From positions 1,410-65,409 of the forward strand of contig JAKFXK010000025.1 in NCBI GenBank assembly GCA_021731445.1: a stretch of DNA of 64,000 bases, given 5' to 3'. Shown here one piece after another: positions 31,033 to 43,030 of this stretch; the first letter of the stretch is position 1; every line of letters begins with the position of its first letter. The translations under genes and the position numbers were made by a program. The notes under the pieces were generated by a model that was not told the origin of the DNA, did not search any database, and saw nothing but the letters and a program-made list of their open reading frames with translations. Source of the stretch: Nevskiaceae bacterium. Lineage in GTDB: Bacteria; Pseudomonadota; Gammaproteobacteria; Nevskiales; Nevskiaceae.

Positions 31033-33951
31033 ATGGGTGACGCACAAACAATGAGCACGTCCACCAAAATCCTCCGCGCCATCGAGCCGATCATCTACGC
31101 CAAGCCAAGGCTGACGATGACGATCCTGGTGCTGCTGACGATTTTCTTCGGGGCCGTGGCCTCCAAGATCAAGCCGGATGCGGGCTATGACAAGTCGATT
31201 CCGCTCGATCATCCCTACATGCAGGTGCTTAAGCAGTATCAGGCCGACTTCGGCGGCGCCAACAATGTGCTGGTGGCGCTGATCCAGAAACCCGGCAAGG
31301 GCGAGATCTACAACGGTGCGTTTCTGGCCTCGCTGAAACAGGCCACCGATGAGGTGTTCTTCCTGCCCGGTGTCGACCGCTCGCGCGTGTCTTCGCTGTT
31401 CACGCCCGATGTGCGCTTTGTCGAAGTGGTGGAGGGTGGCTTCAAGGGTGGCAACGTCATCCCCGCCGAATATGCACCGAACGCGGAGATGTTCGCGCTG
31501 GTGAAAGGCAACACCCAGAAGGGTGGGCATGTCGGCCGCTTCACCACCAAGGACCAGACCGGCGCGATGATCTTCAGCGAGCTGCTGGAGGTCGATCCGG
31601 TGTCGGGCGAGAAGCTCGACTACGCCGCCGTCGCCGAGATTCTCGAAGACAAGGTGCGCGGCCGCTTCGTCAGCCCCAAGAAATACATCTACAAACTCAA
31701 CACCGATGTCTGCCAGACACCGGACGTGGTGGCGGCCGAGGGTGAGCAGCCTGCCGCTGCAACGCCGCCACCCGCGCCGCAGGAAACCTGCGTCAAGGCC
31801 GGGACCCAGGTGTGGGAGCGTTTCGGCCAGCCGACCGGTCTCGCCGCCGTGGTCGACAAGGGCAAACCCATCACCTACAAGTTCAAGCCCGAAGGGCAGG
31901 ATAACGAGCTGGTGTTCAGCATCAAGAAGTCGCAGATGTCCTTCGAGATGGTCGACAACCCGCAATACAACCCGGATGTCGATGTCCACATCCTTGGCTT
32001 TGCCAAGGTGGTGGGTGACATCATCGAAGAGCTGGTGCCGGTGGTGGGCTTCTTCCTGCTGACGCTGGTGATGACACAGATATTGCTGTGGGCCTATCTC
32101 GGCAGCTTCAAACTGGCGCTGCTGCCGCTGGTGTCGTCGATCACGGCGGTGATTTGGGAGTTCGGCCTGCTCAAGCTGTTCGGCAAGGGGCTTGATCCTT
32201 TCGCCATCCTGGTGCCGTTCCTGATCCTCTCGATCTCGGTCTCCCACGGCGTGCAGTACTGCAATAGCTGGGTGGGCGAAATCGCCAACAACGGCCGCAA
32301 CAGTTTCGATGCCTCGGTGGAAACCTGGCGGCGACTGGCGATCTACGGAACCATGGCGATCCTGACCGGCGTGGTGGGCTTCGCGCTGATCGGCCTGATC
32401 CCGATCGACATCATCCGCGAGATGTCGCTCAACGCCTGCCTGGGCATGTTCGCCATCGTCATCACCAACAAGATCATGATGCCGATCATGCTGACCTGGA
32501 TCGACGTCGGCGACCCCAAGGAGTTTGCGAGGAAGCAAGAGCAGCGCGACGCCATCTTCGACCCGCTGTGGAAGCTGCTCAGCAACATGGTGCTGATGAA
32601 GCCTGCGATCATTGCCATCCTCATCGGCGGCCTCTTGCTGGGCTGGAGCCTGTGGAAAGGCAAGGAGCTGCAAGTGGGCGACAGCCAGGCCGGCGTGCCG
32701 GAGCTCTTGCCCGACTCGCGCTACAACAAGGACACTGCCGCCGTCACCGCCAACTTCGCCATCGGCACCGACGTGATGAAAGTCATCGCCGAAACTGATC
32801 CCGAAGCCTGCGTGAAGTACTCGGTGATGGAGCAGATCGACCGCTTCGGCTGGCGCATGGACAACACCGAAGGCATCCAGTCCACCATCTCGCTGCCCTG
32901 GGCTTCGCGGCAGGTGAACATGGCGTTCTCGGAGGCCGCACCCAAGTTCAAGGTGCTGCCGCAGAACCAGTTCACGATGGTGCAGGCGATCACGCCGATC
33001 CCGACCTCATCGGGGCTGCTGAACTCCAACTGCTCGGCGATGGCGGTGTTCATCTTCACCAAGGACCACAAGGCCTCGACGCTCGAACGCATCGTGCAGG
33101 AAGTGGGCCGCTACAACACCGAAAACAGCGCCGAGTTCTACGAGACCAACACGGACGTCAATCCGGAGTACTGCTCGAAGAAGGCCGATGCCCGCCGCGA
33201 TGTCGGCAATGCTCGCGTCGCCCTGCAGAAATACACCGAGCGCCTGAAGAAGAAGAACCCCGGCATCGGCGACGAGGCGATCAACAACGACGAGGGCATC
33301 AAGAAGCTCAACGCCGAGATCGACACCACCAAGGCCACATTGGCAGGCATGGACAAGTTCTGTCCGGTCAATTTCGCACTCGCCTCTGCGCAGGTGGGTG
33401 TGATGGCGGCAACCAACGAGGAAGTGCATCGTCTCGAAAAGCCGATCCTCTACATCGTCTATGCCGGCATCATCATCTGCGTGTTCCTGAGCTTCTTCGA
33501 GTGGCAGTCCATCGTCGCCATCATGCTGCCGCTGGCGCTGGTGAGCTGGATGGCCTACGCGGTGATGGCGGTGCTCGGCATCGGCATGAAGACGGCGACA
33601 CTGCCGGTGGTCGCACTGGCAGCAGGTGTGGGTGTCGATTACGGCATATACATCTATGCGACGTTTGCCGATGCGCTGGCAGCGGGTTTCAAGCGGCAGG
33701 CGGCGTACAACAAGACACTCAAGCTAACCGGCAAGGCGGTGGCATTCACTGGCCTCACGCTCAGCTTTGGCGTGCTGACCTGGCTGTGGTCCGGCCTGCA
33801 ATTCCAGCGCGACATGGGCAAGCTCCTGGTGTTCATGTTCATGGCCAACATGTTCGGCGCGCTGCTGCTGCTGCCCGCAATCGCCTCTTTCATCCTCAAG
33901 CCAAAAGAACTGGCGCCGGGCGAAGAGCCGGTCTTCAAACCGCGGCACTAG
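31033..33951 (+). CDS. MMPL/RND-family lipid transporter
   Basis: Two TM bundles with large periplasmic loops; SVSHGVQ, GVGVDYGIY, LQFQRDMG. Confidence 0.9.
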   Translation: MGDAQTMSTSTKILRAIEPIIYAKPRLTMTILVLLTIFFGAVASKIKPDAGYDKSIPLDHPYMQVLKQYQADFGGANNVLVALIQKPGKGEIYNGAFLASLKQATDEVFFLPGVDRSRVSSLFTPDVRFVEVVEGGFKGGNVIPAEYAPNAEMFALVKGNTQKGGHVGRFTTKDQTGAMIFSELLEVDPVSGEKLDYAAVAEILEDKVRGRFVSPKKYIYKLNTDVCQTPDVVAAEGEQPAAATPPPAPQETCVKAGTQVWERFGQPTGLAAVVDKGKPITYKFKPEGQDNELVFSIKKSQMSFEMVDNPQYNPDVDVHILGFAKVVGDIIEELVPVVGFFLLTLVMTQILLWAYLGSFKLALLPLVSSITAVIWEFGLLKLFGKGLDPFAILVPFLILSISVSHGVQYCNSWVGEIANNGRNSFDASVETWRRLAIYGTMAILTGVVGFALIGLIPIDIIREMSLNACLGMFAIVITNKIMMPIMLTWIDVGDPKEFARKQEQRDAIFDPLWKLLSNMVLMKPAIIAILIGGLLLGWSLWKGKELQVGDSQAGVPELLPDSRYNKDTAAVTANFAIGTDVMKVIAETDPEACVKYSVMEQIDRFGWRMDNTEGIQSTISLPWASRQVNMAFSEAAPKFKVLPQNQFTMVQAITPIPTSSGLLNSNCSAMAVFIFTKDHKASTLERIVQEVGRYNTENSAEFYETNTDVNPEYCSKKADARRDVGNARVALQKYTERLKKKNPGIGDEAINNDEGIKKLNAEIDTTKATLAGMDKFCPVNFALASAQVGVMAATNEEVHRLEKPILYIVYAGIIICVFLSFFEWQSIVAIMLPLALVSWMAYAVMAVLGIGMKTATLPVVALAAGVGVDYGIYIYATFADALAAGFKRQAAYNKTLKLTGKAVAFTGLTLSFGVLTWLWSGLQFQRDMGKLLVFMFMANMFGALLLLPAIASFILKPKELAPGEEPVFKPRH

Positions 33952-34002
33952 TCGCGGTTTGAAGGCAAAATGATCGTCAGCAAGCCGCGCCACTAAGGCG
34001 CG

Positions 34003-34041
34003 CAACAAAAAAGCCCGGCACATTGCCGGGCTTTTTTGTTG
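34003..34041. terminator. Bidirectional Rho-independent terminator (MMPL / apaH)
   Basis: CAACAAAAAAGCCCGGCA-CAT-TGCCGGGCTTTTTTGTTG between convergent genes. Confidence 0.92.
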
Positions 34042-34052
34042 GCAGTGATGCT

Positions 34053-34901
34053 TTAGTCCCCCGCCACTCCATCGGCCCGCCGGTATTCCGGGCATTCGAC
34101 CGAGGTCAGCTCGCGCGTCTGGAGATTGAGCGCGGTCAGCCGCCCGCCCCAGACCGCACCAGTGTCCAGCCCCCAGACCCGATGCTGCGGCCAATGTGTC
34201 CGTCCCAGCGTCGACCAATGGCCAAAGATGATCTCGGCGTCGATGGGGACCCGATCCGGCAGGGCGAACCAGGGCTGCAAGGGTGCGGGCTGTGTCCCGG
34301 GCGCACCCTTGGCATGAAAGTCCAGTGCGCCAGAGGGCAGGCAGTAGCGCATCCGGGTGAAGCCATTGACGGCGAAACGCAGATGTTCGGCCGGGTCGAG
34401 CGGCGACGACCAGAGACGCGGCTCGTCGCCATACATCCGGGCAAAGAATGCAGCATGCCCCTCATCGCGCAAGGCCGATTCCACAAGACGCGCCGCCTCA
34501 CGCGCCTCCGCCAGCGTCCAGCAGGGTGCTACGCCAGCATGGCTCAGCACCCAGCGGGCATTGTCATGACTGTCTTCATGCATCAGGGGACGCAGCCTGA
34601 GCCATTGCAGCAGGGCCTCACGGTCGGGGGCGACCAGCAGCGCCTCCAGTGTGTCCTGGCGACCCTGACGTCCACCCGCCGCACGCGCCAGCAGGTGCAG
34701 ATCGTGGTTGCCGAGCACAGAGACCGCCCGCTCGCCGAGCGACATCACATAGCGCAGGGTGCGCAGCGAGTCCGGCCCACGATTGACCAGATCACCCGCA
34801 AACCAGAGCGTGTCGCGGGTCGGGTCGAAGCGCAGTGCATCGAGCAATCTTTGCAGCGGCTCAAAACAGCCCTGCACATCCCCAATCGCATAGGTTGTCA
34901 T
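34053..34901 (-). CDS. apaH: Symmetrical diadenosine tetraphosphatase
   Basis: YAIGDVQGC, GDLVNRGP, LGNHDLHLL, FGHWS, LDTGAVWGG. Confidence 0.96.
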   Translation of the reverse strand: MTTYAIGDVQGCFEPLQRLLDALRFDPTRDTLWFAGDLVNRGPDSLRTLRYVMSLGERAVSVLGNHDLHLLARAAGGRQGRQDTLEALLVAPDREALLQWLRLRPLMHEDSHDNARWVLSHAGVAPCWTLAEAREAARLVESALRDEGHAAFFARMYGDEPRLWSSPLDPAEHLRFAVNGFTRMRYCLPSGALDFHAKGAPGTQPAPLQPWFALPDRVPIDAEIIFGHWSTLGRTHWPQHRVWGLDTGAVWGGRLTALNLQTRELTSVECPEYRRADGVAGD

Positions 34902-34955
34902 GCAAATGCCTGAAAAATGCCGGATCGGCGGCGGATTTTTGACGCGTGAGCGTCT

Positions 34956-34983
34956 TTGACTACCAACGAGGGCGACGCATACT
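34956..34983 (+). promoter_or_regulatory. Possible sigma70 promoter for the flp/tad operon
   Basis: TTGACT-16 nt-CATACT about 70 nt upstream of the flp start. Confidence 0.4.
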
Positions 34984-35054
34984 GTTCATGCGCGAAAAAG
35001 CCCATGCGCTCATGCTCCGAAGGATTCGGGGCCATTCCGGACAAGGAGAACATC

Positions 35055-35240
35055 ATGTTGAAGCAGATTCTGAACTTCCTCAAGGACGAGGAAGGTACCA
35101 GCGCGGTGGAATACGGCCTGATTGTGGGCCTGATTGCGGTGGCGGTGGTGGTCATTCTCGGCACCATGGGCGGCGGGCTGAATACGCTGTTCACCACCGT
35201 TTCCGACGAGGTCACTGACGCAAACACCGGCGCACCGTAG
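35055..35240 (+). CDS. flp: Flp family type IVb pilin
   Basis: SD AAGGAG; MLKQILNFLKDEEG/TSAVEYGLIVGLIAV Flp motif. Confidence 0.95.
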   Translation: MLKQILNFLKDEEGTSAVEYGLIVGLIAVAVVVILGTMGGGLNTLFTTVSDEVTDANTGAP

Positions 35241-35246
35241 CAGGGC

Positions 35247-35699
35247 ATGGCGGTGTGGATCACCGCCCTGCTATGCCTGTGGGCGCTGGCGATTGCGGCC
35301 ATCGACTGGCAGCAGCGGCGGGTGCCTAACGTGCTGCTGCTCGCCCTGCTGCTGCCTGCAGTCGCCGTATTGGCATGGCGTGGCACCGGTATTCTCGGTA
35401 TCGGCTGGCTGCCCAGTCTGTTGGGACTGGCGCTGGCGCTGGCGCTGACCTTGCCCGGGTATGCGCTGTCCAGGTTTGGCGCAGGCGATGTCAAGCTCGC
35501 GGCAGTGATGGGCCTGGTGCTGGGCTGGCCGCTGGTGGTCTATGCGCTGCTGGTCGCTGGTTTGCTGATGGGGCTTGGGGCGCTGCTGATGGTTTTGATG
35601 GCGGGGTTGCCCAGCGTTCGTGCGCTGCGTTTGCCAACAGCCTGGACGCTGCTGACGGGTTTCGTGGCGGTATTGCTGTGGCAGGCAGGAGGGTGGTGA
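35247..35699 (+). CDS. cpaA: A24 prepilin peptidase (TadV/CpaA)
   Basis: IDWQQRRVPN and GAGDVKL aspartate motifs. Confidence 0.9.
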   Translation: MAVWITALLCLWALAIAAIDWQQRRVPNVLLLALLLPAVAVLAWRGTGILGIGWLPSLLGLALALALTLPGYALSRFGAGDVKLAAVMGLVLGWPLVVYALLVAGLLMGLGALLMVLMAGLPSVRALRLPTAWTLLTGFVAVLLWQAGGW

Positions 35700-36181
35700 T
35701 GAAGGGCAATGTGCGTAGCACCATAGTCACTTCGAGGCTTGCCCAAAAAGGCGCCTCGGCGGTGGAGTTCGCCTTCGTGTTCCCCGTCCTGTTTCTGCTG
35801 GTCTATGGCGTCATCGTCTACTCCTACATCTACGTCCTGCAGCAGTCGATCACCTACAGCGCCCAGCAATCGGCCGAGGCGGCCGTTGCTGTCAGCCCGG
35901 AGCCAGGGGATACGCTGAATACCCGCATCGAGCAGCGGGTGCGCGCGGTGGCGGTGCAGTCACTCAACTGGCTGCCAGCCAACCAGCGTGCCCGCGTCAT
36001 TGGCGCCAGCGGCGAGAAGGTGCAGGTGAGTTTCGACACCATCGACACCAGCCAGAATGTGGTGCGGGTGACTCTGGAGTTCGAGGTGCCCGGTCTGTTT
36101 CCGGCGCTGGAACTGCCTCTGGTGGGCAACATCCCGCCACTGCCCAACCGGCTGCGTGCGCAGGCCATCGCCCGCATCTAA
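35699..36181 (+). CDS. TadE-like minor pilin
   Basis: QKG/ASAVEFAFVFPVL prepilin-like motif; start MKGNV at 35699. Confidence 0.88.
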   Translation: MKGNVRSTIVTSRLAQKGASAVEFAFVFPVLFLLVYGVIVYSYIYVLQQSITYSAQQSAEAAVAVSPEPGDTLNTRIEQRVRAVAVQSLNWLPANQRARVIGASGEKVQVSFDTIDTSQNVVRVTLEFEVPGLFPALELPLVGNIPPLPNRLRAQAIARI

Positions 36182-36254
36182 GGATGCGTGCAACAATCTG
36201 GCGCGTGGATCGAGCCAGTGCCCATCCACACCAATATTGGGAGCTTAGGATCGC

Positions 36255-37196
36255 ATGAGCAGTACCGCCCTCAAAGTCGCCGCCGTGATCCTGGTGTTGC
36301 TCACCATCATCTTGGCGGGCGTCGGATTTTCGATGAGCCGCAACTACGCCGCGCGCACCGCCAAGGCCGAGGCCGAGGCCGCGCGCGCGACCGAAGCCGC
36401 CCGCACCGCACCGCAGACGCTGGCGGTGGTCGCACTCAAACCATTGTCTGCCTACAAGAGCATCGGCCGCGATGACATCGCGCTGGTGCCTGTGGCAGTC
36501 ACGCCCACCGACTATTTCGCCAGCCTCGACGACGTGGCCGCACGGGTGCCGCTGGTCGACATCGACGCCGGCGCGCCAGTGACCAAGCGTTATTTCAAGG
36601 AGGGCAATATCCTGGCCAAGATCATCCCCGCCGGGCATCAGGCGCTGGCGATCGAGGTCAACGAGATCATTGCGGCGGGCGGCTTCGTCAGGCCCGGCGA
36701 CAGCGTCGATGTCATCGTCTACCTCCGTAACGGCGCCGGTGTCGCCGATGCCCAGGCGCGCGTGCTGCTGGAAAACGCCCGCGTGCTGGCTTACGAGGAA
36801 CGCATCATCGAGCGCCCACAGGGCCTGAAGGATGAGGAGACCAAGGCCGGTGCCGAGGCCAAGCGCCGCCTCCGCACTGCCGTGCTTGCAGTGCCAGAAA
36901 AAGAAACCACCCGCGTCGTGCTGGGCGCGGGCCTTGGCGAGGTGCGCCTCGCACTGCGCGGCCAGCAGGCTGCCACCGGAGAAGAGGCCAGCGGCGAAGT
37001 CACCGTGGGCGGTCTGCCACTGTCCGAGGCCGCGAAGATCGAAAACGAGGGCTACAAGACGCCGGACAAGGCAGTGACTGCCGGGGAAATCTCGCGCGTC
37101 AAGCCGCCGCCGGCGCTGTCGAAAAAAGCCGGGCCGCCGCCGCGCGAAACGGTGGAGGTCATCCAAGGCAACACGATCCAAAAGGTGGAGCAATGA
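36255..37196 (+). CDS. cpaB: Flp pilus assembly protein CpaB/RcpC
   Basis: N-terminal TM, SAF-like region, GGFVRPGDSVDVI. Confidence 0.92.
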   Translation: MSSTALKVAAVILVLLTIILAGVGFSMSRNYAARTAKAEAEAARATEAARTAPQTLAVVALKPLSAYKSIGRDDIALVPVAVTPTDYFASLDDVAARVPLVDIDAGAPVTKRYFKEGNILAKIIPAGHQALAIEVNEIIAAGGFVRPGDSVDVIVYLRNGAGVADAQARVLLENARVLAYEERIIERPQGLKDEETKAGAEAKRRLRTAVLAVPEKETTRVVLGAGLGEVRLALRGQQAATGEEASGEVTVGGLPLSEAAKIENEGYKTPDKAVTAGEISRVKPPPALSKKAGPPPRETVEVIQGNTIQKVEQ

Positions 37197-38569
37197 AGCA
37201 CCTCCTCTCCTCTGCGGCGCTCGCGTTCGTACTGGCCACAGGGGTGGCAAGTGCCGCCCCCGTACCCGACGACCGCGTGGTCAGCATCGAAACCGGCGTG
37301 CATAAATTGCTGCGCCAGCCGCAGCCGGTGGGCCGTGTGGCGGTGGGCGACCCGGCCATTGCGGAGGTCACGGTCATCAACCGCCGCGAGGTGCTGATCA
37401 CCGGCAGGAAGAATGGCGTCACCAGCCTCCTGGTCTGGCCCAAGTCCGGCACCCGCGATGCGCCGACGGAGTACCGCCTGCGCGTTGGTCCAGTCAGCGA
37501 TCCGCTGAAGGTGAAGAACGCCGATCCCGATCTCGGCAAACTGCGTATCGACGCACAGGAGGGCCTGAGTGGCAAGGCACCCAGCCTGCTCGCGCACCGC
37601 CGCGCTCGGCTCGATGCACAGACACAGGCGCAGCAGGCCGCCGGCAGCAGCACGGCTGTACCCAAGATCGCCGACCGCAGCGAGATCGACCTCGAAACCC
37701 AGGTGATGACCGAGGTGAAGATCGTCGAGGTCAAGCGCAGTACCTTGCAGCAGTACGGTCTCAATGTGCTGAAAAACACCGGCAACACCGTTGCGGGCCT
37801 CACCACGCCCGGCTCGCTGGCAGGTGTGACGCCGGGTGGTCTTGGCGGTGCAGGTGGTTTTGCCGGAGGCAGCAATCTGCCCATCGCCAATGCCTTCAAC
37901 CTCGTCATCGGCAACCCTGCGCAGGGCATTCTTGGCGTGCTGAGTTTTCTCGAACAGAAGGGCCTCGCCCGCACCTACGCCGAGCCGACGCTGACGGCCA
38001 TGAGCGGCCAGACCGCGAGCTTCCTGGCCGGTGGCGAGTTCCCGGTGCCGGTGAGCCAGGGCGGCACCACTGGCGGCATCACCATCCAGTATCGCGAGTT
38101 CGGCATCCGTCTCTCGCTCACGCCCACCGTGCTGTCGCGTGACCGCATTGGCTTGAAAGTCGCACCCGAAGTCAGCGATCTCGATTTCTCCGCCGGCATC
38201 ACCACGGCGGGCGTCACCGTGCCTGCGCTGACTGTGCGTCGCACCGACACCACGGTGGAGCTTGGCGATGGCGAGAGTTTCGTGATTTCAGGGCTGGTCA
38301 GTTCCAGTCTCATCAACAATGCCAACAAGGTGCCTTGGCTGGCGGATATCCCGGTGCTGGGCGCGTTCTTCAAGAACATCAACGTCAACCGCACCGAGAA
38401 GGAACTGGTGATGGTGGTGACCCCGCGTCTGGTGCGGCCACTAGCACGCAACACGCCGCGCCCACCGCTGCCGGGTGCGGCCATGGACGGCTATCGGCCG
38501 ACGATGGGCCAGGTCATGTTTGAAGAAACCGGCAAGTTCGACCAGAGCCAGTTCGGCTTCAGCAAGTAA
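37193..38569 (+). CDS. cpaC: Tad secretin CpaC/RcpA
   Basis: RVAVGDPAIAEV, ASFLAGGEFPVP, KVPWLADIPVLGAFF, ELVMVVTPRLV. Confidence 0.93.
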   Translation: MKHLLSSAALAFVLATGVASAAPVPDDRVVSIETGVHKLLRQPQPVGRVAVGDPAIAEVTVINRREVLITGRKNGVTSLLVWPKSGTRDAPTEYRLRVGPVSDPLKVKNADPDLGKLRIDAQEGLSGKAPSLLAHRRARLDAQTQAQQAAGSSTAVPKIADRSEIDLETQVMTEVKIVEVKRSTLQQYGLNVLKNTGNTVAGLTTPGSLAGVTPGGLGGAGGFAGGSNLPIANAFNLVIGNPAQGILGVLSFLEQKGLARTYAEPTLTAMSGQTASFLAGGEFPVPVSQGGTTGGITIQYREFGIRLSLTPTVLSRDRIGLKVAPEVSDLDFSAGITTAGVTVPALTVRRTDTTVELGDGESFVISGLVSSSLINNANKVPWLADIPVLGAFFKNINVNRTEKELVMVVTPRLVRPLARNTPRPPLPGAAMDGYRPTMGQVMFEETGKFDQSQFGFSK

Positions 38570-38616
38570 TCGCAACCCTATCGTTTTCCTACGCACAACG
38601 AACCAGAAAAACTCTT

Positions 38617-39872
38617 ATGAGTGCGAAGTCGCAGGCCTTTGTGATTGCGGACGATGCGGCCTACCTGCCGTGGCTCGAAGCGGCACTGGGCGGTAGCGTC
38701 GCCTTCACGCTGGGGCAGCCGCAGGATGCCGCCGACCTGTTGCGCCGGCTGCAACAGGGTGCCAAATTCGATCTGCTGTTCTGCGAATTCGAGGACTACA
38801 ACGCGCCCGAGCGCGCCGCACTCGCCGAGGCGGTTGCCGACCGTCTGCCGGAGTTGCCGGTGGTGGGCATGGGTTCCAGCGAGAGTGCCGCCACGGTGCT
38901 GGCCGCGATGCGTGCCGGCGTAAGGGATTTCTTCGTGCTCAAGCGCGATGAGACCAAGCTGGCCGCGCAGGTGGGCAAGCTGTTGCGGCGCCTGGGTGCG
39001 GTCAGCGTGGCCGCCGCCGCCGGCAGCGGCCAGGGACGCGTCTATAGCGTGATGGGCGCGCAGCCGCATGAGAGTGTGGCCTTTCTCGCCGTGCATCTGG
39101 CACAGGCGTTTGCCGAACGAGGCAATCAAAGGACTGGTGCCGCCATCAGCGGCGGTCAGCCACCCACCGTCGCGCGCGGCAAGGCCGAGCGGGTGCTGCT
39201 GATGGATACTGCGATGCCGGCCGGCGCTGCCGCGATCTTCCTCAATGTTTCGCCCAGCTACAGTCTGCTCGATGCCGTCAACGACGTGCATCGCTGCGAC
39301 GCCACGCTGGTCGATACTGCCTTTACGAAGCACAGCTCCGGTCTGCATCTGCTGTCGCTGCCGGAAGAAGGCCTGGGGCGTCCGGCCATCCCGGCGGAAG
39401 ATTTTGGCCGCCTGCTGCAAGTGTTCAAGAGTCTGTTCAGCGTCGTCGTGATGGCACTCGATGGCCAGGTCGGCACGCCGCTGCTGCGCACGGCCATCAC
39501 GCAGAGCACACGCACGCTGCTGCTGACCGACCAGTCGATCCTGAAATCGCGTCAGAGCAAGTACCTGCTGCGCGCGCTGCGGCTCGACGATACCCCGCTC
39601 GACAACGCCGCACTGGTGGTGGACAACTACCGCAGGCGTCTGGGGCTGGAGCCACAGAATCTCGCCGAGCTGTTCGATCTGCCGCTGATCGCCACGCTCA
39701 GCTCGGAGGGGGTCAGCCGCATCCAGGCGATGAACTCCGGCGAGTCGATGTTTGCCATTGCCCCTAAGGATCCGTACTGCGACGGCGTGCGCCGCCTCGC
39801 CCTGACGCTTGCCACCGGCGAAACCCAAGCCGTCGAGGCCAAGAGCGATGGCCTGCTGAACCGCCTGTTCCG

Positions 39873-39876
<4 letters not shown>
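38617..39876 (+). CDS. cpaE: TadZ/CpaE pilus localisation protein
   Basis: Atypical receiver domain (AAMRAGVRDF) plus a MinD-like domain with a degenerate Walker A. Confidence 0.88.
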
Positions 39877-41107
<1,231 letters not shown>

Positions 41108-41111
<4 letters not shown>

Positions 41112-42037
41112 CCGTCGGCATTCTCATGGTGCTGGTCTTCGCACTGCTGTTCGCGGCGGCGGCGGCCTTCCTGTTGCTGCGAGTGCAGGCCAAGACCCGC
41201 AAGGAGGAAATGACGCTGCGGCTACGGGTGCTGGGCGAGGATGCTGATGCGCACTTGCTAAGCCGCGCCAAGCCCATCGCCAATCCGGTGCTGCGTTTCG
41301 TCACTGACCTGTTGACCCGCTCCGGCACCGAGATCGAGCCGGAGCGGGTCGGACGGGGTCTGCTGATCGCAGCTGCCATCGCACCGCTGCTGCTGATTGT
41401 GCTGGGAGCGCTGGCGGGCATGCTGGCGATTGGGCTGGCCATCGCCGCCGTGTTCGGTGTGCTGTCGCGCAATGCCGCGCGCCGCCGCGCCAAGATTGTT
41501 GAACAACTGCCGGTATTTCTGGAGAGCGTGATGCGCGTGCTCGCCGCCGGCAACACACTGGAAGAATCGCTGGGTGCGGCTGCCCGCGACAGCCCGGAGC
41601 CGATCCGTCCTCTGTTCGTCTCGATCGGCCGACAGGTGCGCCTCGGTGCGCCGGTCGAGGCCGTGCTGGCCGAGGCCGGTGAAGTGCATCGCTTGCGTGA
41701 TTTGAAAGTGATGGCGCTCGCAGCTGCCATCAATCGCAAGTACGGCGGCTCGCTGCGCGGCGTCATCAAGAGCCTCATCAGCACCATCCGCAGCCGCGAT
41801 TCCGCCGCCCGCGAACTGCGCGCGCTCACTGCCGAAACGCGATTCTCCGCCTTGGTGCTCGCCATCATCCCGGTGACGCTCTCGCTCTACATCTTCACCA
41901 AGAACAAGGGCTACTACGAAGGCATGTGGGCCGATCCATCGGGCCGCATATTTCTGATTGCTTCGGTACTTTTGCAGATTGGGGGCGTGGCCGTTCTGTG
42001 GAAAATGATGAACTCGACGGGTGATCCCGATGCTTGA
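41108..42037 (+). CDS. tadB: TadB inner membrane platform protein
   Basis: T2SS-F-like domain (QLPVFLE...AGNTL...YGGSL...LTAETRFSA). Confidence 0.9.
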
Positions 42038-42091
42038 TCGCCACGAAATTAAAAGATCTTCTGCAGGGATCCCGATGCCTGGAGATCACGC

Positions 42092-43030
42092 ATGAGCGCC
42101 GCCTTGTTCGCCCTCGTCATCGGTGCGGCGGTGCTGCTGGCCGGTGCGACGCTGATCCTGCTCGCACATCTGGCCATGCGCTCGCGGCAAGAGCGGGTGC
42201 TGGAGCGCCGCGTGATCGGCGATCCCACTATCCGTGACGAGTTCTCCGACACCAGCGAAGGCGAGGCGTTGAAGGTTTTTGCGCGCGGCGGCCAGCGACT
42301 GGAAAGGCTGTCGGACGAGAACGGTGAAACCGGCAGGCTGCTGCTGCAGGCGGGCTGGCGCGGCGCGCGGGCGCGGCTTTTGTTCTACGCCTTCCGCAGC
42401 GGCATGCTGCTGCTGGCCGGCCTGCTGGCGCTGGTGCTGTGGACCTTCGGCGAGGGCATCAAGCCACTGATGTTGCCGCTGTATACCTTCGCGCTGTTCG
42501 CATTCGGGTTTCTCATTCCGATCTGGGTACTGCGTAGCGTCGCTGGCACACGGCGGGCGCGCATGGCGCGCGAGGTGCCCCTGTTCATCCACTTGCTGGT
42601 GCTGCTGTTCGAGGCGGGGCTTTCGACCCGGCAGGCATTTGCCAGCCTGGTGCGTGAGGGGCGTGGCGTGCTGCCGGAGCTGGGCCAGGAGTTCGAGGGC
42701 GTGCTGCGCCAGCTGGAAGCCGGTGGCGACATCGCCGATGTGCTGAAAGGTCTCGGCACCGCGCTCGACGTGCCTGATCTCGAAGGCGTGCTCGGCGTGC
42801 TGCGCCAAGTCGACAAGTACGGTGGCGAGATCCGCGAGCCGCTATTGGAGGCGCTGGCTGTGCTCGAAGAGCGTCGCGGCCTCGATCTGCGCGAGCGGGT
42901 CAATCTCGTCTCCGGCCGCATGACGGTGGTGATGGTCCTGTTCTTTTTTCCGGCACTGCTCATCTTCGTCGCCGGGCCTGCGGTGGTGTCGATCCTGAAG
43001 GCGATGGCGGATGTGGCCGGTGGCAAGTAA
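42092..43030 (+). CDS. tadC: TadC inner membrane platform protein
   Basis: EVPLFIHLL...EAGLS...KYGG...MVLFFFPALL. Confidence 0.9.
   Translation: MSAALFALVIGAAVLLAGATLILLAHLAMRSRQERVLERRVIGDPTIRDEFSDTSEGEALKVFARGGQRLERLSDENGETGRLLLQAGWRGARARLLFYAFRSGMLLLAGLLALVLWTFGEGIKPLMLPLYTFALFAFGFLIPIWVLRSVAGTRRARMAREVPLFIHLLVLLFEAGLSTRQAFASLVREGRGVLPELGQEFEGVLRQLEAGGDIADVLKGLGTALDVPDLEGVLGVLRQVDKYGGEIREPLLEALAVLEERRGLDLRERVNLVSGRMTVVMVLFFFPALLIFVAGPAVVSILKAMADVAGGK

Noticed and set aside
34984-35050. c-di-GMP riboswitch upstream of flp
   Set aside because: Only a small hairpin (GCTCCGAA-GGA-TTCGGGGC); the GEMM consensus elements are not evident.
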